Source: Gordius albopunctatus (Eukaryota). From it: a stretch of DNA of 64,000 nucleotides. The position numbers and the translations under genes are program-made. Under the pieces are notes generated by a model. That model was not told the DNA's origin and did not search any database. It was given only the letters and a program-made list of their open reading frames with translations. Location of the stretch: contig OZ193909.1 of assembly GCA_964276515.1 (NCBI GenBank), positions 3,224,001 to 3,288,000 of the forward strand, written 5' to 3'. Positions 53,201-64,000 of the stretch are shown in pieces; position 1 is the stretch's first letter; the number at the start of each line of letters is the position of its first letter.

Positions 53201-56200
53201 ACTTCTTCATAAATGAATGCATAAATTCAAATATTAGGACATGTTCAAGAAATCAGCCTAGGAAATCATGAGGAGAAGGAAATCCATAATATTATAAACA
53301 ACTCATTTGTTTGCGACAAAACGGCCTTTAATGGGCTTAGAGTACAGAAGGTAATTATTCTATTAAATTATAACTCAAATATTACTGCATTTATTTCACA
53401 TTTTTTTTGTCGCGTATGAATACATTCATCAGCCAATCATATCAAAGAGAAAAACGGATCGATACGTGTGACCTTATTTACCATGGTTGTCTCTATATTA
53501 AGATCAGATTGCTTCTTTCCCAGTTTCTGCATTCTCCCCTTCCCCTTACTAAATCATTAATTATTTCTTATCTATATTATTGTTTATGTGAATGCAATTT
53601 ATTTACCTCTTATTAAACGCTTAATGATGTAGTAGTAACCTCCTCTAGATGATTATTTCATTAGATAAATCTTTCATCGCTTAATACATCTCTTAAAAAA
53701 TTACTTAAGCATGTATTTAATGTAGGTTAAAAGTTTTGGGAACAAGGATGCGGAGGAGAGGTATTTGGAGAAAAAGGCAGAATTGAAGAATTTAGTGGTG
53801 GGGAGATTACCAGCCGAGACGTACGCTTTCTCCTTTTTCCCGCCCCACGCGATAGATAAAATCGCGAGGGATGGGGGAGTTAAAGTTGGAAACGTGAGGA
53901 AATCTGTACTAGGCTACAATAATAAAGGAGTACACCTCTTTCGTTACGCAGATGTGTGTGCCATGGATGCAAAGTTGGGTAGCAACGCCTATTGCAAAGA
54001 ACTGTACGGCAATTCAATATGGACGCCCGTGCATAAAAGTTCCTCTTCGCATAGCAGTAGTAGTGAATTGTCCGCCTGTTTAGTCATATTTAAGGTAAAC
54101 AAAGCATTAGGGGTGATACCGCTTCTTTACTTTGATATTATTATTAATACATTTCCTCCTTGTAATAAAAAAAATAATGAATCGCATATGGCATGATAAA
54201 CAATGGATATGTGATGTGTTAATGCGCCATCACGGTAGCGAGAGTAAACAAATTTTGAGTTAGTGAATTTGCATGGTAACTGGTTAGCAGATATCGCACG
54301 TCTTGTGTTCATTTTGGTTATATCCTCTAGGCTTAACCCGAGTCAAAAATTGTGGTTTATATTCTTATGTTAAATTCTAAATTTTTATTTATTAATAAAT
54401 TAAAATGTAAATGATAGATATTTTAATTTGCAAATTATATATTATATAATTTTAAGAATTTTTATTGGAGGAGAATTTCATTATTGCTATTTTTGACATG
54501 GGGTTGGCGTTAAACAATATTGGAGAATCTGGTGCAAAATGTAATATTCGCGTTTTAGAAATTGAGACCGGTTTTCACGCATATTCATACGCATGTAATA
54601 TGTACTAAAAAACTACGTAATAAAAGGATACTATAATTGTTGATTAAAACAAAATAAGTTATATCAAAATGAATAATACTATTTTATAGATAAATACATA
54701 TTATCAAATAAATCACTAAATCTAACCCTTGTCTATATTACATTTTGCACAGAAGTGATATTGGATAGTAGAAAATTGTGAATAAATTTTTACCTAACAA
54801 TTTGTTATAGTTCTATTTTATTGCTATGCAATTATCTAATTTTTCAATAAAAGGAGAGGGTAGACCAAGGGCGTAGCCAGGATTGAAATGAGAGGGAGAC
54901 AATTAGGAGAAAATGACAATTTTTTCAAATTTTAGCCATAATTCAGTTGTTTGGATTTAGAGGGGATAGGCGTCTCTCTCTTTTAGCTACGCCCATGGGC
55001 TAGACAAAAAAACAAGATATTTTACATTATTGCTTGATTTTATCCATTTTTTTCCATCCTGTATTATAAGGTTTTGATGGGTCGCTGTCAAACGATAATG
55101 GTGAATGGTAAAGAAAATGAGATTGACCCATCTCCTATTCACGATATTCACATCCCTGATCAGAAGCCTGTTCCTCACGAAAAGTCTCTCATAGTCAAAA
55201 GGGATAAATCTATGGTATTTTAATAATAAAACTCCCTTCAAATTGTATTTATTTTTTGCACCTCTTCAGATCTACATTTACGAATATGACATGAACACGT
55301 TGAGTCTACTATCCTATCCTCGAAGTATTTATCCTTATGCCGTCGTTTACTACACTAAACCGGCCAACCTCTCCTTCAAGGCATCCCTCACAAATAGCGC
55401 CTACAACAATGCATTCAACGTTAAAAAGGGAGTGTCGACAGCTGCGCCAGGTAGCGCGCCACAAGGCTCCAACAAAGCAAATAATGAAAAAAAGGAATAC
55501 GGCCCTAATAAAGTACCGAGCAAAGCTAACAGAGATGCTTATTTTTCTACTACGGACTTTCCTTCTCCCAATATAATACTAACCGATTCAATCTCATCCT
55601 CCGGCCTTGTGAAAACATCTCAGCTCCCATCCAATGCTCCTCCCCAGCATTATACGAATGCCCCCAATGAAAATAATATCCTTAATAAATTTGAAGATGC
55701 TTTAGGTATTGTTGACCCCAATGTCCAGAATTATCCACGCCCACCTATACCCACCCCGTCATCCGATGTGTTTGCTAGTTATGGAAAAACGCCTCATATC
55801 TTGCGCTATGCTGCCCCTTCTGGCAGTAAGCCTGTTATAGAGAATGAGCAAGAACAGGTCCAACCATATCTTAAGCATGCTCTGCCCTTTCCCCATAATT
55901 TTTATCAAACTATCAATGGCCATCCCGATACTCTCGCTAAAAATTTACAAGATAAATATAACCAACTCGCGAACCAGGTGAAAAATGAATCGAAAGATTT
56001 ACCTATTTCACCAAGTCAGTTCTTGAACCCCGAATCTAGGTAATACTATATACAAAAGTTTTGTATAATAAGCTTTTTTATTATTTAGCAGGATAATTGC
56101 GGAAGCCCATCTTTCTAGTCTCAACAGATCAACCATAATTGAAAAATGCAATAATCTTTTGCTCTCATTGGGGATCGATCAAGGTGTCGATTTTTTCAAT

Positions 56201-57905
56201 TTCGTCTTCTCCATAATGCTCAAACTCCTGTCCACGTTTGCAGATAAATTTGAGGAAGCTGAAGATAAAATGGCTGTGGACAAAACCATTACTCTAATGA
56301 TTGAATACATGTCCGCTTTTAACACCGACACTTCATCCCCCGCCATTTTGAGAGTCGAGCTTCAAAATATAATAGAGGACTTGGTGGAAAATTTTAAAAA
56401 TAGTTGTCAATTCAGTCCCTTTAGCCGTTCCAACGATCAATCGCAATGCGCCAAAAGCGAATTTGAGACAACAACGCCTTCATCTAACGTGAAATTAGAA
56501 TTTGGTGATAAAAACGGGGAGATTTCGGGTAACAAAAACGATGCTAACGTCAACCGTGAAGAAAAACCTTGCACCAACACTTCTAGCAGCGGTCCACCTG
56601 CTAAAAGATTAGACCCTAGAATTGTGAAAAGATTGCGGGAGAGTATCCACAAACAGCCCGAAGCTTTTCCAAAAGTTGACAGCGATTACTCGTCTCAAAT
56701 AAAAAGTGAAGGGCAGCCAGTGTTAACAGCTAACCACATCTCAGCTGTTGCATGTCTTGAATCGAGCCAAAATACCGGTAAGGGCAATGATCAGTTAATT
56801 AAAGAACCTGACAGTTTTGATCAGAGTTGTAAGAGGAAGCACACGTCAGAAAGCACTGAGCCCGGGGAAAGTAATACCCCCTCTACATTTCACGGGCGCG
56901 ACTTAATAACTCAAATGGATTTACCCACTACTATACCCTTGATGGGTAAAGTGAAATACGCTTACCTCAAAGGTAAACGCATTTGTTACCAGGATCCAAG
57001 ATATCACAGCCAAAGCTATAAAACTGTTTCGGCTAACGGGGAAAATTGTTATGCGAAGAATATAGCGACGTCCGAAGATGGCATTTATAAAGCTCCAGTT
57101 CCCTTTTTCATTGATAATTCATCTTCACCGAATATTAATTCTAATGACTCGTTGCTTACCGATCAAAAAGTATTAAATTACCCCGTTTCTCCTTCAGATC
57201 ATCTTTCTCCCCTCTACCCTGATATTACCTCTCCTTCTAAGGTCACCACCACAACTACAGCCAAAAGTCCTTCTCAAAACGAACCTCCTGATGAATTAAC
57301 CTTCAAGGCTAAATTAGCAGATAGGCGGTCGCGCTGTAAAAATTTTACCAAAAATATTCAAACCCGGGCCATATCCACCCGAAGCAAGGCTACCCTTTCG
57401 AAACCTAGCTCACCTCACATTATGATAACGCATGAACCGAAGAGCAAAAGGCAAAGGTCTCATGAAGAAAATAAGATTCAAGAGAATAAATTCGATAGAG
57501 GGACTGAGGAAACACCTGACTTGATCCCTGCCTGTCCATTTGGCGTGTTGAATAAACTCACGAAATCGTCCAATATCGTGTCTCTACTGTCTCCCGAATT
57601 CGTAATCTCCGCAGTTCAGTCTTTAAATAAAATTAATGAAACACACGAATATCACAGCTCGCACTTCAAACCTGATACTCAAGATAACAGTGGTCTACAT
57701 CCTGTCACTTCCAGTTATAATTCAACGTCGCTTCCTCAACCCACTGCTAAATCTAAGATCGAATGTATTTTAATAGATGATTTATAAAATCCACTAATAT
57801 ATAGTATATCTTTTGTGTGCAATTTTTTTATAATTACCTAGTTAACCGATAATCGTCATTAGAATTATCTTTCGAATAAATCCCTATATTTATAATGTCA
57901 GTTTT
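50205..57905 (+). repeat. Right arm of the large inverted segmental duplication
   Basis: Reverse-complement match to ~21470-30045. Confidence 0.9.
53135..57787 (+). CDS. TASOR: TASOR-like protein (DUF3715 pseudo-PARP domain), copy B, 6 exons, 1048 aa
   Basis: Exons 53135-53189, 53238-53350, 53726-54094, 55071-55214, 55270-56039 and 56092-57787. Same motifs as copy A, open frame, about a dozen amino-acid differences. Confidence 0.85.
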
Positions 57906-58293
57906 TCACAATTTGAAAATGCACCGTTTAACAAGAAAAATCAACCGACAAACTGTTTGCAGATCCTGGTAGAATTTTTCACCGTGAACACAAATATCTT
58001 TTTAGTTTAGGGGGGAGTCTTAATTTCTTTATGAAAACCAGGGGGAATTAATGTAGTAGGGTGGCCTCAAGTCTGGGATAATTTTTTTCAATGTAAAAAT
58101 ATGGGGATAGTCAATTTTTTATATAATTTAAAACTAAATGTGCTAGGATAAAAAATTGTATATACATTCTTCTCCTCTTTATCTGCGAATTAAATCACGT
58201 AAAATTTTTACCGATTATTTTGCAACTTTAATTTGTCAATGTAAAAAGATAGGGATAGTTAGTTTTGTATGTAATTTAAAAAGTAAATGTGCC

Positions 58294-59370
58294 TAAAGGT
58301 TTGCATGGGCCGGGCCTAAAATATGGCAATAAAAAAAGTTGCGGGCCAGGCTTGGGCTTTGATAAGTGAAAAAATTCGAATTTATTTAACTTTATACTAT
58401 AATTATATGATAGAAACAAAAATTGAACTTAAAAAAATTATTTTTCCGAACAAAATCTGGTGGATTTTTATCTGGCAAAAATTTTATGGAAAAACTTGAA
58501 GGCATTTCCAAAAGACATCTTTCACTTTTTGAAATGGCAAGCATCGAGTTAGAAGCGGATTAGTAACCAACACTCTATAAAGTATTACCCTTTGATAAAT
58601 CATTAAAAGCCATCCCAAATTTGTCCCCATCCTCTATGTATAATGATGATCCTGTTGACTTAGATGTATAAATTGAAATCAAGAGCCAAAACTATGCTAA
58701 TTTCAAAGTTTGATATAAAAATATCAACCTCTCTTGTTCATAAGTTTCGCAAGTTAAAAATTCTACCAGAAGATTAAAGAAGCTTGGTAAAAACTATGGT
58801 AACAGAATTTTTAAAGAAATCCATGCAACATGATCCTGGCTCTTCTTGCATAAGTCGTTCATCTATGAGCAATCCAGGTCAAGTATGCAACACTAAGCAT
58901 ATTGATGAGGCAGATATGGATAGCTCCATTTGGGAGGATGATGAAACGGAAAATGAAGATTTCAACGATGTTCTTAAATTGAATCTAAAACCTAAAGATG
59001 CTCAGCTAGATGTAATTTTATAGTAGAAAGAACTCCAACTTCCAAACTTAACAAAATTAGCTATTCAGTTTTTGTCAGCAGATTCAGTAAGGCAAGTCGC
59101 CTCATAGAACAAGCAGAACAAAATTATTGCCTGATGGAATAGATAGTCTTTTATTTTTCTATCTTTTATGCTATAGCTAAGTTATCTTTTGAGCAAAACA
59201 AAATGGTTTTTATAGAAATAAATAATTTTGAAACAACGTAGACTTGTTTTTAATCGTGCGGGCCTGATGCGGCGCAATTTTTTTGCGGGCCGGGTGCGGG
59301 CCAACAAAATAATATTTGTGTGTGTATGGGCCGGGCCTGAACCTAAAATTTTGGCCCATGCAGACCTCTA
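58294..59370 (+). mobile_element. hAT deletion derivative (GGGCC subterminal repeats) nested in another inverted-repeat element (~57930-59600)
   Basis: TIRs TAAAGGTTTGCATGGGCC / GGCCCATGCAGACCTCTA, TSD AATGTGCC/AATGTGCT, degraded transposase C-terminus. Confidence 0.7.
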
Positions 59371-60118
59371 AATGTGCTAGGATAATAAAAAATTTATATA
59401 CATTTCTTTCCCCTTTGTCTACGAATTAAATATAATTTTTACCGTTTATTTTGCAAGTTATTGACATTTGAAAACCGCTTAAATCGCGTTTTTCGCAACT
59501 TTGACAGCGAATATTTAAAAAACTTGACGTATGGAGAAAAATTAAAAACATATTTGTGTTCACAGTGAAAACTCTACCAGAATCATCTGCAAACAATTCG
59601 CATGTTGATTTCACAAGTCCACTATTTTTTTTGATTTCAGCCATTAGATTCTTATTACACAGATGGGTTTAGCCACATTAGAAGGAGGCAATTATAATTT
59701 AGGGAGAAGCAAAATAATAATTTTTTAAAATTTCAACAAATATTTGGAATTAGAGGGAAACAACCGTCCCTTCCTGCTCCCCCCCCCGCTCCCTTGGCTT
59801 GGCCCATGATTACATATATGGAGGGGGAGGGGCGAACAAGAAAATTGATTTTTATCCTCAAGTGGAAAGGATTGAGGCTTTAAAATACCCTATATAAATT
59901 TTTGGCTATGTTATGGCTAAAAATAAATATTAGAATTTATAAAAAATGTTAAAATATAAAGCCTCAAAATCGTATTTAAAAACTTTGATCTTTGAATATT
60001 ATTAGATATATCGCCTTTACAAATAGTGCCATTCTTTAACTAAGTGCTCGAAGTCTCAATTGTGACGAATAACCACAACACAACTACTTTAAATTGTTAA
60101 ACTAAATTATATCCATAG

Positions 60119-61724
60119 TGTTGTATCCTCAAGACTTAAGGGAGCAGGTGTAGTAGAAGTGGAGAATGTGCATATGCAGGGGATGGAATATTGTATCCTC
60201 ATAGTGAGGAGAGCGGTCAAGATTAAGCACTTCAAAAAGATGTAAGAGCAGATAAGCTTAAAATCAGACCGGAAAAAGTTCTAGTACAGTAGACAAGCTT
60301 AAAAATGAGGCCGGAAAAGGGGTAGTTCAAGAAGATAAAAAAGTAGATAAGCTAAAAATAAGGCCGGGGGTTAATGGAATAACATTTTTTTCCTAATAAG
60401 GAACAGGCTGGAGTCAGGAAACCCTGGTATTATAAAAAGGCCATGTTTCCAGTTAGAAAAAACTATTATTATTATTATTCTGTCCTCGGATAACTCCCAA
60501 AACTTTTCCCCGTCAATTGTATTACCATATTTCCTTATAACCATCGAATCGCTACTTTGATTCTATTATTAAAGTTACTTCTTGTCGATTATCAAATTCT
60601 CAATAAATTCTTGAATGTGTATTAGAGGTGTGCACGGATCAAATTTTTTTGATCCCATCTAATCCGAGGGGTTTTTAAAAAATTTCGTATCCATTTGATC
60701 CGAGTTTTTTAAAATCTAAATACGATCCGATCCGAGTTTTTTAAAATCTAAATCCCATCCGATCCGATCCGAAATTTTTTAATTAAAATTTTACGAACAG
60801 AACTTTTTATTGATGATTAAATTCAAAATACATAAAAATAAGGTATAGCAATTTTAATATACTTGAAATATAAAATTTTATTTGACTAATTCCATGTTAT
60901 CATATAAAAATAATAAAGAATCTAAATTTTCTGGTTTAATTCGCGTTATTCTTTCTTCTAATGTTCTTCCAGCCACCGAGAAATTTCTTTCTGAAGTGGT
61001 AGAGGTAGCTGGTATAGCTAAAAATTTATTTGCCAGCTTATAAAGCCTTGGCAGGACTGTTTGATATGAAACCCACCATTTCAGCAAATCTTTTTTTGAA
61101 TCATATTTGCAATCGCACCATGGAGATTGCTTCTAAGAAGGCAAGCTACATCATTCATGATTACCCGAAATCAAGAGGGAAAGGAGCTACGCGTGTGCTT
61201 TAAGGAAAGGGGAGAGTGATTGATGATTTTCGGAGTTGAGTTGAAATGAAATAGAAAGAGATGCGTTTCTACGTCTAGCTAGGGAAAAACGCTAGGGAAA
61301 TTCTGATAAATATATTAGGGTAAGTAAGGGGTAAGGAGGTGGTATTGGGCATCAAAAATGGTAAAGTAAAAAAAGAATGCAAAGATAATTACGAAAAGGT
61401 ATACTAAAAATTATTAATTTAATTATTATTGTATCCGATCCGATCCGACTAAAATAAAATGTTGATCCGATCCGATCCGACTTCCAAAATTAAAATGTTA
61501 ATCCGATCCGATCCGACTTCCAAAATTAAAATGTTAATCCGATCCAATCCGAGTTCGGACGGATCGGATCGGATGTCGGATCGGATTGATCCGTGCACAC
61601 CTCTAATGTGTATACTGTCAATTGGGTTAACGCCAACTCAACCATAAGCAGACCGAAAATTGAATACGAAGGCTTACGGGTAAAGACCGAGAATAATCAC
61701 TAAAATCACCCGAACCTAACGACA
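60119..61724 (+). mobile_element. Possible solo LTR interrupted by the hAT element
   Basis: TGTTGT...ACGACA ends, with internal TATAAAA (60431) and AATAAA (60602). No TSD found. Confidence 0.35.
60623..61605 (-). mobile_element. Hermes/hobo-like hAT deletion derivative, copy 3, retaining the C-terminal dimerization domain
   Basis: Perfect TIRs and an 8-bp TSD ATGTGTAT. ORF 60878-61087 reads LKWW...LPRLYKLANKFLAIPATSTTSERNFSVAG. Confidence 0.9.
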
Positions 61725-62465
61725 AAAACCCTGACGTTACGGAAGCTCTTGAGCTAAACAATTAATCGAGACAACCTTCCTTAAGAAGTCACAGGACTTA
61801 ACACATAGACTACTAGATAGACTGCTCATGCCATATGTTGCATAAGGTTAATGGTGTGTCGAATTTTCCTCAATTATGAAGAGTGCAACTGGTGTATTTT
61901 AATCCCATGTAATTTTACCTTCCTCGCTAGTTTATAAATTAATATTATTCAAAATAGCAATTAATATTGATGGCGCTATATTATTAAACAAAATTTAATT
62001 GCATTTTTATATTTTAATTTTTAGGTATTTTTTCATTCCATTGGCTAGGTGGGGTAAATGAGGACCCCAAGCGGTTTATAAATGTTGCACAAATTAAGTT
62101 AGTGATTGTTATAATTTCATTTTTTCAGTAGCTTAATAAAATTTACTTTAGAATATCTCTGCAAAATTTGGCTTGTTTCTATCCAATAGTTTTTAAGGTA
62201 GAGAGTGTTTTAGATGCCCGGAGTCTTCCAGAAGCCCACGTTCCACAATATTCTTAACCTATTTGTAAAGAATTTTTTTTATAAACATTTCCTTTTGTTT
62301 GAGATATTTGTATTTTTAACTTAGATTTTAAGATGTTTATTTTTCCTCGTGGTATTTTAAAGTGCTCATTTGCGTATTTTCCTGTGCGCTTTGATATTTC
62401 AACATGCCTAACATTAAAATTAAAAGTGCTATATATATGATATTTTTGTGATAAAATGGTATATA

Positions 62466-64000
62466 AAAACTCGGGCCTTCGGCCCTCGTGGGAAGGGGAA
62501 AGGGGAGGAGGGGAGGGAAGGGGGAAGGGGAGGAGGGGAAGGAAGGGGGAACTCATCTACACTCCGTATAAATGTATCATATTTGCTATGCAATTTATGG
62601 AAATACTTACGTGAATATTGCAAAACGAAGGTTGGAAGCACTAAATAAGTGTATATGCCAAATATCATAAAGGGGGAGAGAGGGAGCGAAGGGGAGGCTT
62701 TATGGTTAGTTAAATTCTACGGGAGTTGTATTACCAAAAAGTCATAATAGCAATGGTAGGAACAGGAACAATCATAATAGTCAAAAAAAACGAAAAAAAA
62801 ATTTTCGAATCACATTATGGCCAAAGGTCATTTTTTTCCATTGGCCAGCAGCCAGGACACGGTAAAAGTGGATATAAATTCATAATAGTCAAAAAAAACG
62901 AAAAAAAAGTTTTCGAATCACATTTTGGCCAATGGTTATTTTATTCCATTGGTCAGCAGCCAGCGGACGGCCAAAAAGTCATAATAGCAATGGTAGGAAC
63001 AGGAACAATCATAATAGTCAAAAAAACGGAAAAAATAATTTCGATTCACATTTTGGCCATTGGTCATTTTTTCCATTGGTCAGCAGCCAGGACACGGTAA
63101 AAGTGGATATAAATTCATAACAGTCAAAAAAAAACGAAAAAAAAATTTTCGAATCACATTTTGGCCAATGGTCATTTTATTCCATTGGTCAGCAGCCAGC
63201 GGACGGCCAAAAAGTCATAATAGCAATGGTAGGAACAGGAACAATCATAATATTCAAAAAAAACGAAAAAATAAACTCGGATACACATTTTGGCCAATTG
63301 TCATTTTTTCCATTGGTCAGCAGCCAGCGGACGGCCAAAAAGTCTTATTATCATTGATAGTAACAAGAACAATCATAAGAGTCAAAAAAAACTCCGGGAT
63401 TCTAACCCAAAAACTAGATAAATTGCATAGCAATTATTAAAAAGTATAGGGTAATTATCAATGTTAACCTATTCAAAAACGAACAAAAAATTTTGATTTA
63501 TTTGGCCAATGGTAATTTTTTTCAATTATCAATGTTAACTTATTCAAAAAGGAAAAACGAAAAATTAGGATTTATTTGGCCAATGTTCATTTTTTCATTG
63601 GTCAGTAGCCAGCGGACGGTCAAAAAGTCATATTATCAATGGTATTAACAAGAACAAAATATTAAATTAATTAAAAAAATAAAAATTTTGCCCTCTCCGG
63701 GATTCGAACCCACATTAAATAGAGGCATAAGCCTTTGGAGGGGAACAGGGAACCATATAAATAGAGCCATAGGCCCTTGTAGGGGAGGGCATAGGGTAAT
63801 TATCAATGTTAAACTATTCAAAAACGAAAAATTAAAAATTTCGATTTATCTGGCCAGTGGTCATTTTTTCATTGGTCAGTAGCCTGCGGACGGTCAAAAA
63901 TTCATATTATCAATGGTATTAACAAGAACAATATATTAATTTAATTTAAAAAAAAATAAAAATTTTTGTCCTCTCCGGGTCTCGAACCATCAATTTAGAA
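62466..64000 (-). repeat. Helentron/HINE-like element with an internal tandem array of ~110-120 bp units, running off the right edge
   Basis: Terminal GGGCCTTCGGCCC hairpin at ~62473. Repeated TGGCCAATGGTCATTTTTTCCATTGGTCAGCAGCCAG units from ~62735. Confidence 0.7.

Noticed and set aside
61440..61560. Regular 36-bp direct repeats superficially like a CRISPR array
   Set aside because: No unique spacers, eukaryotic context, and they lie in the GATCC subterminal region of a hAT element.
62726..63440. Several overlapping ORFs with repeated peptides
   Set aside because: They are translations of the tandem satellite; no protein-family features.
63690..63720. tRNA gene suggested by CCGGGATTCGAACCC
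   Set aside because: Only a B-box/T-arm inside repeat units; no cloverleaf.

Overview
AT-rich, transposon-dense genomic DNA from an invertebrate animal; it carries spliceosomal GT-AG introns, and the organism cannot be fixed from the sequence alone. I reconstructed five multi-exon genes by hand: a secreted GH56 hyaluronidase (-), YIPF3 (+), a zyxin/LPP-family LIM protein (-), and two near-identical TASOR-like (DUF3715 pseudo-PARP, HUSH-related) genes. The TASOR-like genes sit head-to-head in the arms of a ~8 kb inverted segmental duplication that encloses the LPP gene. The duplicate pair shows an old, diverged upstream region but a nearly identical gene body, which suggests gene conversion. 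The protein architecture looks non-canonical: DUF3715, a small helical island, and long disordered regions with DPR motifs. Many introns are only 34-60 nt. Mobile DNA includes a Penelope-like element with an inverted 3' copy and a hammerhead-like core, nested with a 13-bp TSD inside an RTE LINE. There are also RTE and CRE-like LINE relics, a Gypsy gag relic, several hAT derivatives and MITE families, two Helitrons and a Helentron-like element carrying a tandem satellite array.
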